Assembly (NCBI GenBank): GCA_951406725.2
Contig: OX597820.1
Coordinates: 3,658,001-3,722,000 of the forward strand
From: Octopus vulgaris
Lineage: Eukaryota
Length of the DNA: 64,000 bases
Direction: 5' to 3'
Part shown: positions 37,840-52,522 of the stretch, piece after piece
Numbering within the stretch: the first letter of the stretch is position 1
Layout of the letters: each line of letters begins with the position of its first letter
Notes under the pieces: generated by a model
Seen by the model: the letters and a program-made list of their open reading frames with translations, nothing else
What the model was told of the DNA's origin: nothing
Databases searched by the model: none
Position numbers and translations under genes: made by a program

Positions 37840-37933
37840 CTTTCACAAATAAGCAAATAATCTTCCCCAACAGAAGACGGTAAATGGAATTCATGAGATT
37901 TTTTTCCACCGATATCTCCAGTATCTGCTTCAA
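37840..37933 (-). CDS. PARS2: PARS2 exon: VEADTGDIGGKKSHEFHLPSSVGEDYLLICE
   Basis: cctacag acceptor, AG|GTATTT donor; AD.G.IGG..SHEF motif. Confidence 0.94.
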
Positions 37934-39871
37934 CTGTAGGAATAAAATGGATGAAAGTTTACCAAAGATTAGTTTACAATCTCTAAATTATAACAGAATA
38001 TTTAATACTCTGATAAAAGACTGTGGGAAATTCTATATTCGGAACAATTGGAATCAGTTTAATGATCACTTCTTAGCAAAAGATTGATTCCTGCTCAAAA
38101 TATTTGAAAGACAAATATCTAAGTAAATGGTTAACAGTGAGGTTTATATTTTGGGAAAATATTTCCTTAAAAGTAAAAAAAAATGTGTGTGTGTGTACCT
38201 TTGTCTAATCCTTATGGAATGGTTGTAAGTGAGTATCATCCCCATACTAGTGAGGTGGTTTGTTTCCAATTTTCCATGAAATCATGTGTGACCATGGGGA
38301 AATATTACTTTGCTTGGAAACAGATGAAGGTTGGAGAAAGGAAGGGTATCCAGCTGTGGAAAAATCTACCGCAACAAATTCCTCAAACTAAGCATCAAAT
38401 ACTTTTCCAATTCTTCCAATCCAGAATCTCAGGCATCAAAGAAGTTGAACAACAACGATCTCACTTTTCTGAGAATGTACACATACTCCATCAGCATTTT
38501 GCACATACCTCAAACTAAATATTCTTTACTACTCTAGGCACCGGGCCTGAAATCGATTAGATTGACACCAGTACGCAACTGGTACTTAATTTATCAACCC
38601 CAAAAAGATGAAAGGCAAAGTCGATCTTGGTGGAATTTGAACTTAGAACGTACAGACAGATGAAATACCAAGAAGCATTTCGCCCGGCATGCTAACGTTT
38701 CTGCCAGCTCCTTACCTTCCTCTGACTAAATATTAAAAAAGAAATCATTTATTTTCAGTGAAATCCTTTGAAAGAATTTTTCAACATCTGTCACCCCAAG
38801 TTTCTCCTAGTTGCATTTATTTTCCAATTTTCATTTTCAACTTAGAACGGTTATTCCTTTTTCTATGTTGAGGTGGAGGTACTTTACACAGCAGGGGGAG
38901 ACTTGGTGTTCACAACCATTTGCCTGTTTTCCTTCCTTCAGCTGGCTTCTATGTCCACCAAAAAAAGTAGTTGACCAGTTTTGGCTGGCAGGGTTTCTTT
39001 TGTGTTTTTGTGTCTGAGACACACATTGCAAATGATAAGATCCTTTGTATCAGAATTCCTCAAAGGTGGAGGCATGGCTGCATGGTAAAGAAGCTCAATT
39101 TGCAACTACATGGTTGCAGGTTCAGTCCCCCTGGGAAGCACCTAGGGCAAGTTAATTTTAATTTTATTTAAAATGTTACAAGAATTCAAACTTGCTTATT
39201 TGAAAGAAATCGATGAAATTCATATCAGATAATAGAGATGATGTCTTACCAGCAAAAATCTGAATTTAAAATGATCAGAGCTTGTTCCCAATTTAAGAAG
39301 TTCATCGTTATCATCATTTAGTGTCCATTGTTCATGTTGGCATGAGTTGGACAGTTTGACTGGGCTGGCATGCTGGAAGGCTGCACCAGACTCCAGTCTG
39401 ATTTGGCATGGTTTTCTATGGCTGGATGCCCTTCCAAACGCTAACCACTCTGAGAGTGTAATGGGTGCTTTTACATGCCACCAGCACGGGTGCCACTTGC
39501 ATAATACCAGGGTGCATTTATGTGCCATCAGCACAGGTGCCAATTTGTGTGACACCGGTATCTGCCACAACTGTGATTTTGCTTGGCTTGATGGGTCTTC
39601 TACTCAAGCATGACATAATGCCAATGGTCTTGGTCATTGCGTCCGTGAGGCTCAGCATTTGAAAGGAACTTTGCCTCTGTGAGGCCCAACACTCAAAAGG
39701 AACTCAGCCACTTTGCCCCCTGCTTATTTTTCAACACTAAAGTTATTACTAAAACACAAATGTTGATGGTATTTTAATTAAGCCATGTTAAGCTTCTTAA
39801 GAGATAATAAGTTTACAGACAATAAAAATTTAAAAAAAAACAACTTTTTCATAACAGTAGTTAATACCAAC

Positions 39872-39979
39872 CTTTTATGAATGGCAATTTAAGACGATTA
39901 AAAATGCGACAATATGCTTCACAAATTTTTTCATATGTTTCTAATGCTGAAGACTCTGAACAATCAAATGTGTAAAGGT
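39872..39979 (-). CDS. PARS2: PARS2 exon: DLYTFDCSESSALETYEKICEAYCRIFNRLKLPFIK
   Basis: ttttcag acceptor, G|GTTGGT donor, 108 nt. Confidence 0.93.
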
Positions 39980-40423
39980 CTGAAAATTGGAACAGAAAAC
40001 AATTTTTAAGGATAAAAAAAAAAAATTGAAACTGAAAATTTTAAATAAGTGCTTTATTACTCTATATTAGTCTTACACACTATTAATACACAGTAATTTT
40101 TGCAGTAAATATAATATTATCATGTGTTTTCTATGGAGACCTAGCAGAGGATAGAGTATCTTATTTTGACATCATTTAACTAAATAATTCTTTTACATGT
40201 TATTTATATTATAATGAAAAAAGCTGCTTAGTTATTAGTTTTGGTTATGTAACTTCTAAAAGAAAGCAACTACTAAAGTTTACTTTATCTAAAAAATTCT
40301 TTAAAATTCTGATTTTAATATATTTTTATCAAAATGTGGTTTAAATGTGTTTTATTATTGAAAATTTCAACTACATAAAACGAATTACAATTCATTGCAA
40401 GAGATCATTTTTTAACACTGTGA

Positions 40424-40425
<2 letters not shown>

Positions 40426-40515
<90 letters not shown>
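40426..40515. repeat. (CT)n microsatellite
   Basis: Directly visible. Confidence 0.95.
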
Positions 40516-40518
<3 letters not shown>

Positions 40519-40845
40519 CACTTCATTCAGCTACTTTCCACAGAAACATCAGTAAAAACATTTTCCCAAATTATAATTTTAACCTAATCAGACAAATTAT
40601 ATGGCTTCTAGTATCCTCTCGTATTCGTCGGGTGTTTTTGAGGAAACAGAAAGCTGATGAAAAAAAGTGGTTTTAATTTACATCAATTGCACCAAATATA
40701 AACGGGTGAAAATAATGAACAAATACGAAGGAATCGCATAAGAAATAAAAAAGAAAAAAAGGATAGGAAATGCTAAAATCTATTTCATTGCTTAGAACAA
40801 ATAAAAGGAAATATAAAATTAAAAATAAAATTACAAACCACAGAC

Positions 40846-40918
40846 CTTTCATTTCAAATTCTCTACATCTCAATAATGCATATTTTGGTGAAATTTCATC
40901 TCGGAATTTTGGGCCTAT
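40846..40918 (-). CDS. PARS2: PARS2 exon: IGPKFRDEISPKYALLRCREFEMK (motif 2)
   Basis: ttgtag acceptor, G|GTCTGT donor, 73 nt. Confidence 0.93.
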
Positions 40919-42357
40919 CTACAACAAAGAGTAAAATAATTATTTAATTATGTTGATGATTCTTAAGGCGATGAGCTGGCAGAAATGTTAGCACAACGGG
41001 CGAAATGCTTAGCGATATTTCATCTGTCTTTATGTTCTGAGTTCAAATTCTGCCAATGTTGACTTTGCTTTTCATCCTTTCAAAGTCAATAAATTAAGTA
41101 CCAGTTCCATACTGGCCTCCTCCCCCAAAATTTCGGGCCTTGTGCCTAAAGTAGAAACGATTATATTGATCCTTAACTTTGGATTGTTACAAGATGACAA
41201 ATGTTTGGGGAGATAGTAACAGATGATTAAATCCTCACAAGTACTTGGTTGGTTCTTCATTGTATTAACCCCACAAGAAGATGAAAAGCATAGCTAACCA
41301 TGGGATTTGAACTCAGAAGATAAGGGACTATGACTAATATTGCAAGGTATTGAATCCAATGTTGTAATGAATCTATAAACAGATTAGACAACAGATGTAG
41401 AAAGACATGATATTAATTTTATTCCATGGCCTACAATTGTTTCAATAATGTGTGGATGAGGAATCAAATTATATGCCTAAAGACATGGATGAGAAGAACA
41501 TTAATATTGCAGCATCGATTGTATAAAACATATTACATGATTATCAACACTCAGCCATTTCATCATAACTGTAGTTAATAAATAAATATGTATTTATTAT
41601 TCACTAGTGTCGTGATTAAATGGCTGTGGGTCACTCACTAAGTGATGCATGCTATATAATCAATATGACAATATCACTGTTCTCATCCAGGTCAACATGC
41701 TTATAGTTTGATTGATCAGCCACACATCATTGGAACAATTGCAGACCATGGAATAAATGTAACTCCATTCTTTGCTGGTTATTTATCTCCACTTCCCCAT
41801 CCTGCAAATGAAGACAGCCTTCCAGATTTTCGGTTTCTACTGAGGAAATTTTATTTCCAACACATTTGGAGAGCTGTAGTTTGCTGCATTGCTGCCAGAC
41901 ATATATATATATATATATATATATATACTCATAATAAGCAACAAGGATATCCAAGGTAGTGTAGTACAATCGTTTCATGCTACTTCATTTTATTAAACAC
42001 CGTAAGTATTACATCAGTTTTAAAATGTCGAGCAATCTTCTGCCACATATAGAATTTTTTAATTAAATGGACAATGTACATTTTTATATTCATCTGAATC
42101 TATGTATATATATATATATATATAAAGAGAAAAAAAGAAAAGCCATTGGAAAACTGATTATAGCAGCGACTCCATCTAAGAATATCTGAAGAAGGAATTT
42201 TATTCCGAAATATTATCAGAGTAGGGATGACTAAATTACAACAGGTATATAATACATTGTTTGTGTTATAGTGCATTGTTGTACCATTCAAAACTTTAAA
42301 ACTTTTTACTCTTTACAAACAATACACAATGCTTCAAGCAAACTACAATACTCTCCT

Positions 42358-42401
<44 letters not shown>

Positions 42402-42601
42402 AGAGTTTACAAAAGAAACAAAAGACGAAGACAGGTGGTGTACAAAACAAACAGGTGTATTAGTATAATGCTCAGGAATAGAAAAAGTCTTTTACGTTTC
42501 TAGCCTACGTTCTTCTACAGAAAGGGACACAGAAAAAACAAGGAGAGAAAAAAATGTGTTTAGTGGCTAATGATCTATCATGGCGACTGCCAGACATGTG
42601 T

Positions 42602-42935
42602 GTAGGGCAGTTTATGGGATTACCTTAGGTTTGCCATCCATAAAGGATTTTGAGATCATCAGAACCCAAAAACTTGTTAGCCCATGAACTCTTAAAGAAG
42701 TCTGGGCCAACATTCACTACGGTTATGATGAAATGGCTGTGTGTTGATAATCATATATGTTTTGTACAATCGATACAGCAATATTAATGGGTTCTCATCT
42801 ATGTCTTTAGGCATATAATTTGATTCCTCACCCACACATTATTGAAACAATTGTAGACCATGGAATAAAATTAATATTGGATCTTTCTACATCTTTATGA
42901 ATGGGAAACCTAAGGTAATCCTATAAACCATCCTT
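42602..42935. mobile_element. TIR element remnant; its interior has an inverted copy at 41394-41574
   Basis: tttatgggattaccttaggttt / aaacctaaggtaatcctataaa ends; about 180 bp interior is the reverse complement of 41394-41574. Confidence 0.55.
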
Positions 42936-44551
42936 CCCCATTTTTAATATGTACTTCTCCACATCTTAGAGGGTGCTTCTTTCGGATCTATGTTTTTTAC
43001 AAATGACATACACACACACACACATATAAATATATATATAAAATACAAAAATGGGAGAAGAACGCAAAACATCCAGACAGGTGATACAAAAGAGGAACAA
43101 CAAAACATCCAAACACATGATACAAAGGAAACAAGGACGAGTCATTTGGAGTTTTCTGTCCTCATTCAAGTTCCAGATTATCTTTGCAATTTCAGCTGGT
43201 TATACTCGAGATTGCTCCAATCTGGCCAGGCCCAGATATATATATATATACCTTTTCTTTCTTTGGACACTAAAACTCTGCTGCGAAGACCTGTTGAGGC
43301 AAGTGAAATCAAAATCAAAATCAAATTCGATGACTGACGTCCGTGCTAGCAGGGTGCAAAGAGCACCATACGAGTGTGATCATTGACAGAGCAGCTAACC
43401 GGCTTCTGTGCCAGTGGCACTTAAAAGGCACCATTCGAGTGTGATCGTTACCAGTATCACCTTACTGGTACTCGAGCCCCGTGCTAGTAGGGTATTAAGA
43501 GCACCATCCGAGCGTGATCGTTGCCAGAGTGTCTACCTGGCTTCCGTGCTGGTGGCAAGTAAAAGACACCATTCGAGCGTGATTGTTACCAGCATCGCCT
43601 TACTGGCACCTGTGCCGGTGGCATATGTAAAAGATTCGAGCGAGGTCGCTGTCAGTACCGCCTGACTGGCCCTGTGCCAATGGCATGTAAAAGCACCCAC
43701 TACACTCTCGGAGTGGTTGGCGTTAGGAAGGGCATCCAGCTGTAGAAACTCTGCCAGATCAAGATTGAAGCCTGGTGCAACCTCCTGACTTTCCAAACCT
43801 CAGTCAAACTGTCCAACCCATGCTAGCATGGAAAGCGGACGTTAAACGATGATGATGATGATGATGAGATATATATATATATATATATATATCACTCCTG
43901 GGGTGATTGATGTTAGGAAGGGCATCCAACTGTAGAAACGGTGCCAAATCAGACTGGAACCTGTTGCAGCTCTTCGCCTTATCAGTTCCAGTCAATCCGT
44001 CTAACCCAAGGAGAGTGGACATTAAATGATAGTGATGATGATGATGATAGTTACTCGTACATATTTTTTACACACATACACACGTAAATTGATATACATA
44101 CACATGTACATACATGTACATGAGCATATACATACATACACTTTCACTTGAAGAAGAAAAAATCAACAACTGTCAATCAAATATCAAACTGAACGAAACA
44201 TAGTAAAGTTGATGGAAATAGCAAAAATGTTTTTTTAATGAAGATGAGGTTAATAGTTTAAAAAATTATAATCTTCTGGGATAACTTATCTCCATATATT
44301 ATTCAATTAACAAAGCAAATGATGAACATAGTGACTAGCCTTTTCCATCATTGGTTGACCGTGTTGCAGAGACAGTGACTTGACCACTTCTGCTGGGCCT
44401 GAACTGTTTCCAGAGGCAAGTTCTCAGCCTCCAACTTATCACCTCTCACTCATGTATGTGTCACAAAGGAAAAAACTAGTTAATATACTCGCAGCATCAA
44501 TGAAACTGCAACGGATGTCAAATATTGCTTTAGTATAACCATATGTATAAC

Positions 44552-44970
44552 CAGGCGCAGGAGTGGCTGTGTGGTAAGTAGCTTGCTAACCAACCACATG
44601 GTTCCGGGTTCAGTCCCACTGCGTGGCATCTTGGGCAAGTGTCTTCTGCTATAGCCCCGGGCCGACCAATGCTTGTGAGTGGATTTGGTAGATGGAAACT
44701 GAAAGAAGCCTGTCGTATATATGTATATATATATATATATATATGTATGTTTGTGTGTGTCTGTGTTTGTCCCTCTAGCATTGCTTGACAATCGGTGCTG
44801 GTGTGTTTACGTCCCCGTCACTTAGCGGTTCGGCAAAAGAGACCGATAGAATAAGTACTGGGCTTACAAAGAATAAGTCCCGGGGTCGATTTGCTCGACT
44901 AAAGGCGGTGCTCCAGCATGGCCGCAGTCAAATGACTGAAACAAGTAAAAGAGTAAAAGAGTAAAGAGAG
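44552..44970 (+). mobile_element. Full-length tRNA-derived SINE with CORE-like segment and internal (TA)/(TG) microsatellite
   Basis: A box (tggctgtgtggt), B box (gggttcagtccc), tgggcaagt core, tail ...gctccagcatggccgcagtcaaatgactgaaacaagtaaaaga. Other copies at 6165-6520, 7795-8168, 14200-14607(-), 50215-50657(-) and 52314-52775. Confidence 0.8.
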
Positions 44971-45397
44971 AATCTGCCTTAGGGTCCCACCTCTGAATTT
45001 TCTGAAGGGATTTACTCACTTCACTTTTTTTTTACAAAGTCTAATAAATTGCCCCACAAAGCAGCAAGGGTTTAACCAATATAATATATACATATATACA
45101 TACATATACATATATACATGCATACATACATGATGGAAAAATTATACGAAATGTATAAAGAGATGATAAGGAGAGCACTGGCACAGTTTAGTTTACCTGT
45201 AGTTATCGATTGATTTACTCCAGGTATTTCACAGTGGCACTTGGGGTAATGGTATTAATAAAATAGGTCGACTTTACCTTTCATCCTTTTGGGATCGATA
45301 AATTAAGTACCAGTTATGCACTGCGGTCAATATAATCGACTTAATCCATGTGTCTGTCCTTGTTTGCCCTCTCTGTGTTTAACCCCTTGTGGGTAGT

Positions 45398-45884
45398 CAT
45401 CATCATCATCATTGTTCGACCGTGGTCGAGACAATGGAATTTACCATGCTATGCCAGACTTCACGGTCCATCATGGCATTACGGAGGTCCTGTTGCTGGA
45501 TGCCTGTATCCCTGGAGATTACATCAGGGTAGGAGAGTGTGCACCCTCTGGCATTGCGAGTAGATGGCTTCCAGAGGAGAAGAGTAGAAATTACCTCGTT
45601 TTCAGCTCTGCAACAATGTCCAGCAAACTGGACTCTCTTACCTTTCACAGGAGATGACACAGGTGGTAGTTTCCCATATATTTGCATTTTGATTGGATGG
45701 TGCTTCCACGAGAGATTTTGAGCTCTCATAAGGAGGCAAGTGTAGGTTCCATCCAACTGCCTGTCAAGCTTCTTTGATAACATCCAGGTTTCTGAGCCAT
45801 ATAGTAGAATTGGTTCGACTGTGGCTTTGAAGATTTCAAGTTTGAAGTCTCTACTTAGATTTGATGACCAGATCTTATGCATGG
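45398..45884 (-). mobile_element. RTE-clade LINE 3' fragment inserted into a SINE
   Basis: KIWSSNLSRDFKLEIFKATVEPILLYGSETW...FAGHC...MMDREVW; (GAT)n tail; gggtagt duplicated on both sides. Confidence 0.85.
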
Positions 45885-47594
45885 GGGTAGTAAAGAAATA
45901 GGTATTAATAATATAGGAGATGGAATGTGTGTTAGACTTTATTGAGTACAAGACACGTTTTGACCCATCTTCAGGTACATCAATAAAAAAGTCACATTAG
46001 AGATTTCTTGTGTTGGCTTGCTTACCACTATATATCCATCAAATTCGTTTTGTACTTAATAAAAGTCTAATACACATTCCATCTCCTGTTTTATTAATAC
46101 TATATAAACATACACACACACACACACATATATGATAACCCCAAAATCATTCATGCATAAAGGGGAAGTATACACCACATTGGCTACTTCTTCTGTTCTC
46201 TCAGTTCAGCCTTTCTGCTAATACTGACAGGTCAGTAAAAACATACTTAAAATATTCTGAGATGTACAAAAAATCCATTTTAATTTTTGCTGTCAAAACG
46301 CTGTATATATATACCAAAGATTGTATATATATACATGTAATGTGACAATTTGCGACAACCAATAATTAACGCAACCAATTCCCAATAATATATTTGTTTT
46401 ATCCTTTTCTGCCAAATTTTCCCAAATAATGTGACAATTATGTATAAAAAAACATTTTTGAATTCATAATATCCAATGTGACAATTATGTAAAAAACTTT
46501 TTTGAATGCATAATATTCAATGTGACAATTATGTAAAAAACTTTTTTTTGAACCCATATTATTCAATGTTTCCTTAAATGTAACTTTTGACAATCTTTTA
46601 CCAAAGAGTGAAACCGGTTAAGTAAATAAACATCGTTTAAATTGCATTTTCAAACCTTTTTTCTTATATAATCCCACTCGTGCGATACCCCACAACTCAA
46701 CTTTTTTATATATATATATATGTATATATATATCATCATCATCATCCTCATCATTTAACGTCTGCTTTCCATGCTGGCATGGGTTGGACAGTTTGAGTGA
46801 GGGCTGGCGAGCCAGGAGGCTGCACCAGGCTCCAATCTGATCTGGCAAAGTGTCTACAGCTGGATAACCTTCCTAATGCCAACCACTCTGAGAGTGTAGT
46901 GGGTGCTTTTTACGTGCCGCCGGCACAAGGGTCAGTCATGCGGCACTGGGAACGACCACGCTCAAATGTTGTTTTTCACACGCCACCAGCACATATGCCA
47001 GTAAGGCAACGCTGGCAATGATCACGCTCGAATGGTGCGTTTGATGTGCCACTGGTACAGGATCCAGTCAGTGGACCTAGCAACAATCACGCACGGATGG
47101 TGCTTTTAACATTTCACTGGCACAAATGTCAATCAAGCAGGACTGTCATCGGCCACGTCAGCGATTTTCATTTCACTTGCCTCAACAGGTCTTCGCAAGC
47201 AAAGTTTATTGTCCAATGAATGAAGGGTACTCATAAGTGGTCTGGTTATGCACCACTGGCATAGGTCACGGGTTATGGTCTCACTTGGCTTGCCGGGTCT
47301 TCTCAAGCACAGCATATCTCCAAAGGTCTCGGTGACTAGTCATTGCCTCGATGAGGCCCAGTGTTTGAAGGTCGTACTTCGACTTTTATAATCTCATGAA
47401 CCACCCTTTGTGGATGTACTTTCTTATTTTTGGTTGCTTTGACAACGATATGCATTTCGTTTGCATAATCTTTCTACAGCCGGTTCCCATTCCTCATTTA
47501 AAATTTCTTGTAATTCTTTTCCATATTTTGTTATTTTTCACTGAGAGCAGGAGCGCCAGGGTCACTTCAAATTCCTTTCTCAGTGGCATCATCG

Positions 47595-47631
<37 letters not shown>

Positions 47632-47668
47632 CCTTCTTTATATACACATGGTTTTTACACATACACAT

Positions 47669-47703
<35 letters not shown>

Positions 47704-47875
47704 CATGTTTTATATGCATACTCTTTATATACATATATACGTCTTGCAGTCTGGCATATTTCATGCTTTTCAAGATCATATCAAAGAAAATCAAGCTAAC
47801 ACCCTCAGACTTTTATCTGATGAAGAACAGCTGTCATCTTATTTTTTGCTTCTCATACATATATGTATAGGTATG

Positions 47876-47924
<49 letters not shown>

Positions 47925-48027
47925 ATGTATATGTATGTATGTGTGTGTGTATATATGTATGTATGTGTGTGTGTATATATGTATGTATGTATATATGTAT
48001 GTATGTATATATGTATATATATGTATG

Positions 48028-48065
<38 letters not shown>

Positions 48066-48229
48066 CACACAGGGTACGGTGAATAAACTGTCGTTTATAT
48101 TACGCAAAAGTGAAAATAACACTGACATTGTATTTTATCAGATATATTTACCAAAATTACATAAAAATATCTTGAAATACTAAAGAATGAATTTATTTTC
48201 AATAACGTGTGTGTGTATGTATTACTAAC

Positions 48230-48310
48230 CTGGTAAAGCATGATGGGAAACTGCTTCATGGAAAATGGTGAATACTGACCAAAGAGTGATGTGACAACTT
48301 CTTCATGAGT
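48230..48310 (-). CDS. PARS2: PARS2 exon: THEEVVTSLFGQYSPFSMKQFPIMLYQ
   Basis: ttgatag acceptor, CAG|GTTAGT donor, 81 nt; THEE proline-binding loop. Confidence 0.93.
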
Positions 48311-49269
48311 CTATCAAGAAAAAAATGTAAGAAGCAAGAATAAAAACAAAAATGTCACATAAAAAAAGAAGTCTGTTTAATGTAGCAAACAAATGCAAAA
48401 GAATCTGTTCATCTTTAATAATGGAATCATTGCTGATCTTTACGTTCAAGACACAAGATCTTAATTCTATTGGACCAGTGATGCAGGAGGGAGATAACTT
48501 CTTTTCCACATCACTGAATCTTCAATAGTTGAAGTCCACTTTTAGTCTCTCAAAGTAAAGGAATTTCATGGTACATTTAATATTCTTGTTTTGTTAAAGC
48601 AGCAAGCTGGCAAAACCGTTAGCATGCCAGGCGAAATGCTTAGCAGTATTTTGTCTGTCTTTAAGTTCTGCGTTCAAATTCCGCCGAGGTCGACTTTACC
48701 TTTCATTCTTTTGGGGTCAAAATCTAATCAACTGCCCCTACTCCCAAAACATTTCAGGCCTTGTGCCTAGAATAGAAAAGAATATGTTTTGTTTTGTTGT
48801 TTAACACCTGGTCAGATGTGATGAAGTAGATCTATGGACAAAAGCATTCCATCCACGACCACTCCCTGTATTTCTTTAAGAATATGGAGTAGTACGACTG
48901 CAACTACATTAATGTGTACCTGCCCCGTTTAAGATGATTAGGGTGCAATGTGCAGGAGATTAGGCTGCTATTTGCAAAAGTCAAGTAACCACATAGGGGC
49001 TCCCTTACTGAGTCATATAACATCCTAGTCATCCGATTGGAGGTCATCCGGTACACAATGGGTGATAGTGAAGGTGCGTGGCTTAGTGGTTAAGGTACAC
49101 GGCACACAAGCGTAATGTCATGAATTCAATTCCTGGCAGTGCCTTGTATCCTTGAACAAGACACTTTATTTCATATTGCTCTAATCCACTCAGCTGACAA
49201 AATGTGTCGTATCTCTAATTGAAAGGATTGGTTTTGTTACATCGTGTAACATGTTGAATCATCACCACC

Positions 49270-49303
<34 letters not shown>

Positions 49304-49491
49304 TTCTCCTCCTCCCCCTCCTCTTCCTCCTTTAATGTCCATTTTTCGTGCTGGCGTGGATGGGTTGGACTGAATCTCCCCGAGAACTACATTAAGGGTA
49401 CCTGTGTCAGTGGAGTACTCAGCCACTTGCATGTTAACTTCACTAGCAGGCTGTTCCATTGGTCGGACCAACTGGAACACTCGTCATCGTG

Positions 49492-49526
<35 letters not shown>

Positions 49527-50423
49527 TTAGTGCTGATAAATATATCTATCGTTGATCTACATCAGTTACTGATATATATACAAGGGGGTAGGGCTGAAAA
49601 GATCTTGGCTTTGGGTAAAAAGAAAATTCAGGAAGATCAGTTAATTATGATTTTATTCCATAAATTTCCCCTCTCAGATTCACACACAATTATTGCAGCA
49701 AATCCTTCAGTTTTTCTAAGCCCTGTAAAAGAACTTGGAAATTTGGGCTTCCAGCCAGGCCTTTCACAATACCCTTCAAGCCATGAAATTTTTACTCACA
49801 AAATATTAGTCAAGTCAATCTGAGGCCAGAGAAGAAGAAATTTACTTGCTTAAAACACTGTGTCTTAGAATTGAACCTGGAACCATATGGTTGCAAAGCT
49901 AAGTTTTTAACCATACCACCATAACTGACACTAACGATATACTGGATATAGACTTCCAGGGAGCAGTTGAGGATTATGCTCTCATCACCCTCATATAGAT
50001 TATTTCAGCCATCAAAACATCTGAATGATCCTCACCATCATTTAACACCCATATTGGCATGGATTGGACAGTTCAACCGGATCCAATGGGCCCAAGGACT
50101 GCATTGTGACCCATTGCCTGCAGTGGCATGGGTTCTATGGCTGGATGCCTTTCCTAATGCCAACCACTTTTTAGAGTGTATTGGGTGTCTTATTTTCTGT
50201 GTCACCAACACTACTCTTTTACTTGTTTCAGTCATGTGACTGTGGGCATGCTGGAGCACCGCCTTTAGTCGAGCAGATCGACCCCAGGACTTATTCTTTG
50301 TAAGCCTAGTACTTATTCTTTTGGTCTCTTTTGCTGAACCGCTAGGTTACAGTGACGTAAACACACCAGCATCGGTTGTCAAGCGATGTTGGGGTGACAA
50401 ACACAGACACACAAACACACACT

Positions 50424-50494
<71 letters not shown>

Positions 50495-50922
50495 GGCTTT
50501 TTTCAGTTTCCGTCCGTCAACCAAATCCACTCACAAGGCTTTGGTTGGCCTGAAGCTATAGTAGAAGACACTTGCTCAAGGTGCCACGCAGTGGGACTGA
50601 ACCCGGAACCATGTTGTTTGTAAGCAAGCAACTTACCACACAGCCACTCCTACGCCTAGTGAGGTTACTATGAAGATTGCAGGACCACAAGCTCAGCAGA
50701 AGGGTCAGTTTTATGTTAGAGAATAAGGGATTAAAGCATGAGGAAAGCAAGGGAAAGGGCAGAGCAGGTCTGTTGGTACGATTATCAAATCAGCAGAAAA
50801 ATAAAGGAAAATTTAAAGTTGCAAGCCTCATAATCTTAAAGACAGTCAAAGTAGCAAAGATATTAGGGGTGTTTAGCATTATTTAGACAAAGGTATAAAA
50901 GAAATGAATTTTTCACACTTAC

Positions 50923-50990
50923 TGGAGACAGACACATATCCTGGTGATGTCTATCACTGAGTTTAAAAACTTCCTTCAGACTCCATCGAC
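50923..50990 (-). CDS. PARS2: PARS2 exon: RWSLKEVFKLSDRHHQDMCLSP
   Basis: tttag acceptor, GTAAGT donor, 68 nt. Confidence 0.92.
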
Positions 50991-52445
50991 CTAAACATTT
51001 GATAAAAATTGATCAGATGGAAAATTAAGAATTCAAGTAATATTTTATTAGCAAATCCTTCAAATATGAACAACGAAACATGATGAATACATAATAATAC
51101 GTAAATGTTGTGCTTCAAATAACCACAGCATCATGGTATGGACCAGATTATCAGATGGTGTTATACATTGCTGGTCACAATGCGCTTTGCATTGTTTTAG
51201 CTTTCAAATGATGCCACCCGACTGGCTATGCGAGCTGACCAACAATCCCCTCTGTTCAGAAGACTATTCTGTTGCAGGGTGACCCATTTGTGGCTGAGTG
51301 GACTGAGGCAATGTGAAATGAAGTGTTTTGCTCAAAACCACAACATGCTGCCTGCTCTGGGAATTGAACCTATGATCTAGCGATTGTGAATGCAACACTC
51401 TAACTGCTAGACCATGTGCCTTCACGTGTTTCAAATACAGGATTTGTGCAAATTGACAAATGATATGAGTTCAGTTTTATGTTTATCAATGCAAACCTTG
51501 ATCACTTTTAAATGTGAAACCTAGAAAGCGAACGAGAGTCAGTTCAACCAACGATTTCAATTTGTACTTTGAATTTCAATTACTTTAATTACTTTAATTA
51601 AAAAAAATAAAATAGAGTTTGAAATAATGGCAGAGCTATTCATCAAATGCACACAGAGTAGAAATGTAAGCTGGACATTGCCAAAGTTCCACAGTGGAAG
51701 AGTGTCTTGGTCACTGACAGTTCCACTGTGGAATTGTATCAGGCACCAGGTGAAATTCTGATACCGCAGAAAACAAAAGGATATTGGTTTCAGATTTTGG
51801 CACAGGGCCAGCAATTTTGGGGCAGGGATTAAGTCAATTACATCGACCCCAGTGCTGCACTGGTACTTATTTATCTGACCCCGAAAGGGTGACAGGTAAA
51901 GCCAACCTAAGCAGGATTTGATCTCAGAGCATAAAGTCAGAAGAAATGCTGACACAGTAACAATTCTGCCAGCACACAGCCTTCCAAAAATAAATACATA
52001 CTTTTTTCTACTCTAGGGACAAGGCCCAAAATTTTTGGGGAGGGGGCCAGTCGATTAGATCGACCCCAGTCTGCAACTGGTACTCAATTTATCAACCCTG
52101 AAAGGATGAAAGGCGAAGTCAACCTCGGCAGAATTTCAACTCAACATAAAGACAGACGAAATGCCATTAAGCATTTCGCCTGGCATCCTAAAGTTTCTGC
52201 CCACTCACTGCCTTAAAATAAATAGATATCAAAAAAGTAAATTTAACAGCTTTGTGTATTATTAAGTAGTTCTTCCATAACGAGAGGCCTCAAATATTTT
52301 GCAAAAAATTTCCAGCACAGGAGTGGCTGTGTGGTAAGAAGCTTGCTTCCCAACCACATGGCTCCAGGTGTCTCCTACTATAGCCTTGGGCCAACCAAAG
52401 TCTTGTGAGTGGATTTGGTAGATGGAAACTGAAAGGAGCCTGTCG

Positions 52446-52522
<77 letters not shown>

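Noticed and set aside
45944-45978. Hammerhead-like CTGAAGA...AAACGTGTC on - (similar remnants at 12455-12510 and 47817-47835)
   Set aside because: Stem II deleted or core bases mutated; treated as decayed Penelope-like remnants, not functional RNAs.
47396-48183. 228-aa ORF and overlapping YI/CV-rich ORFs
   Set aside because: Stop-free readings of (TA)n/(TG)n repeats with no protein signal.
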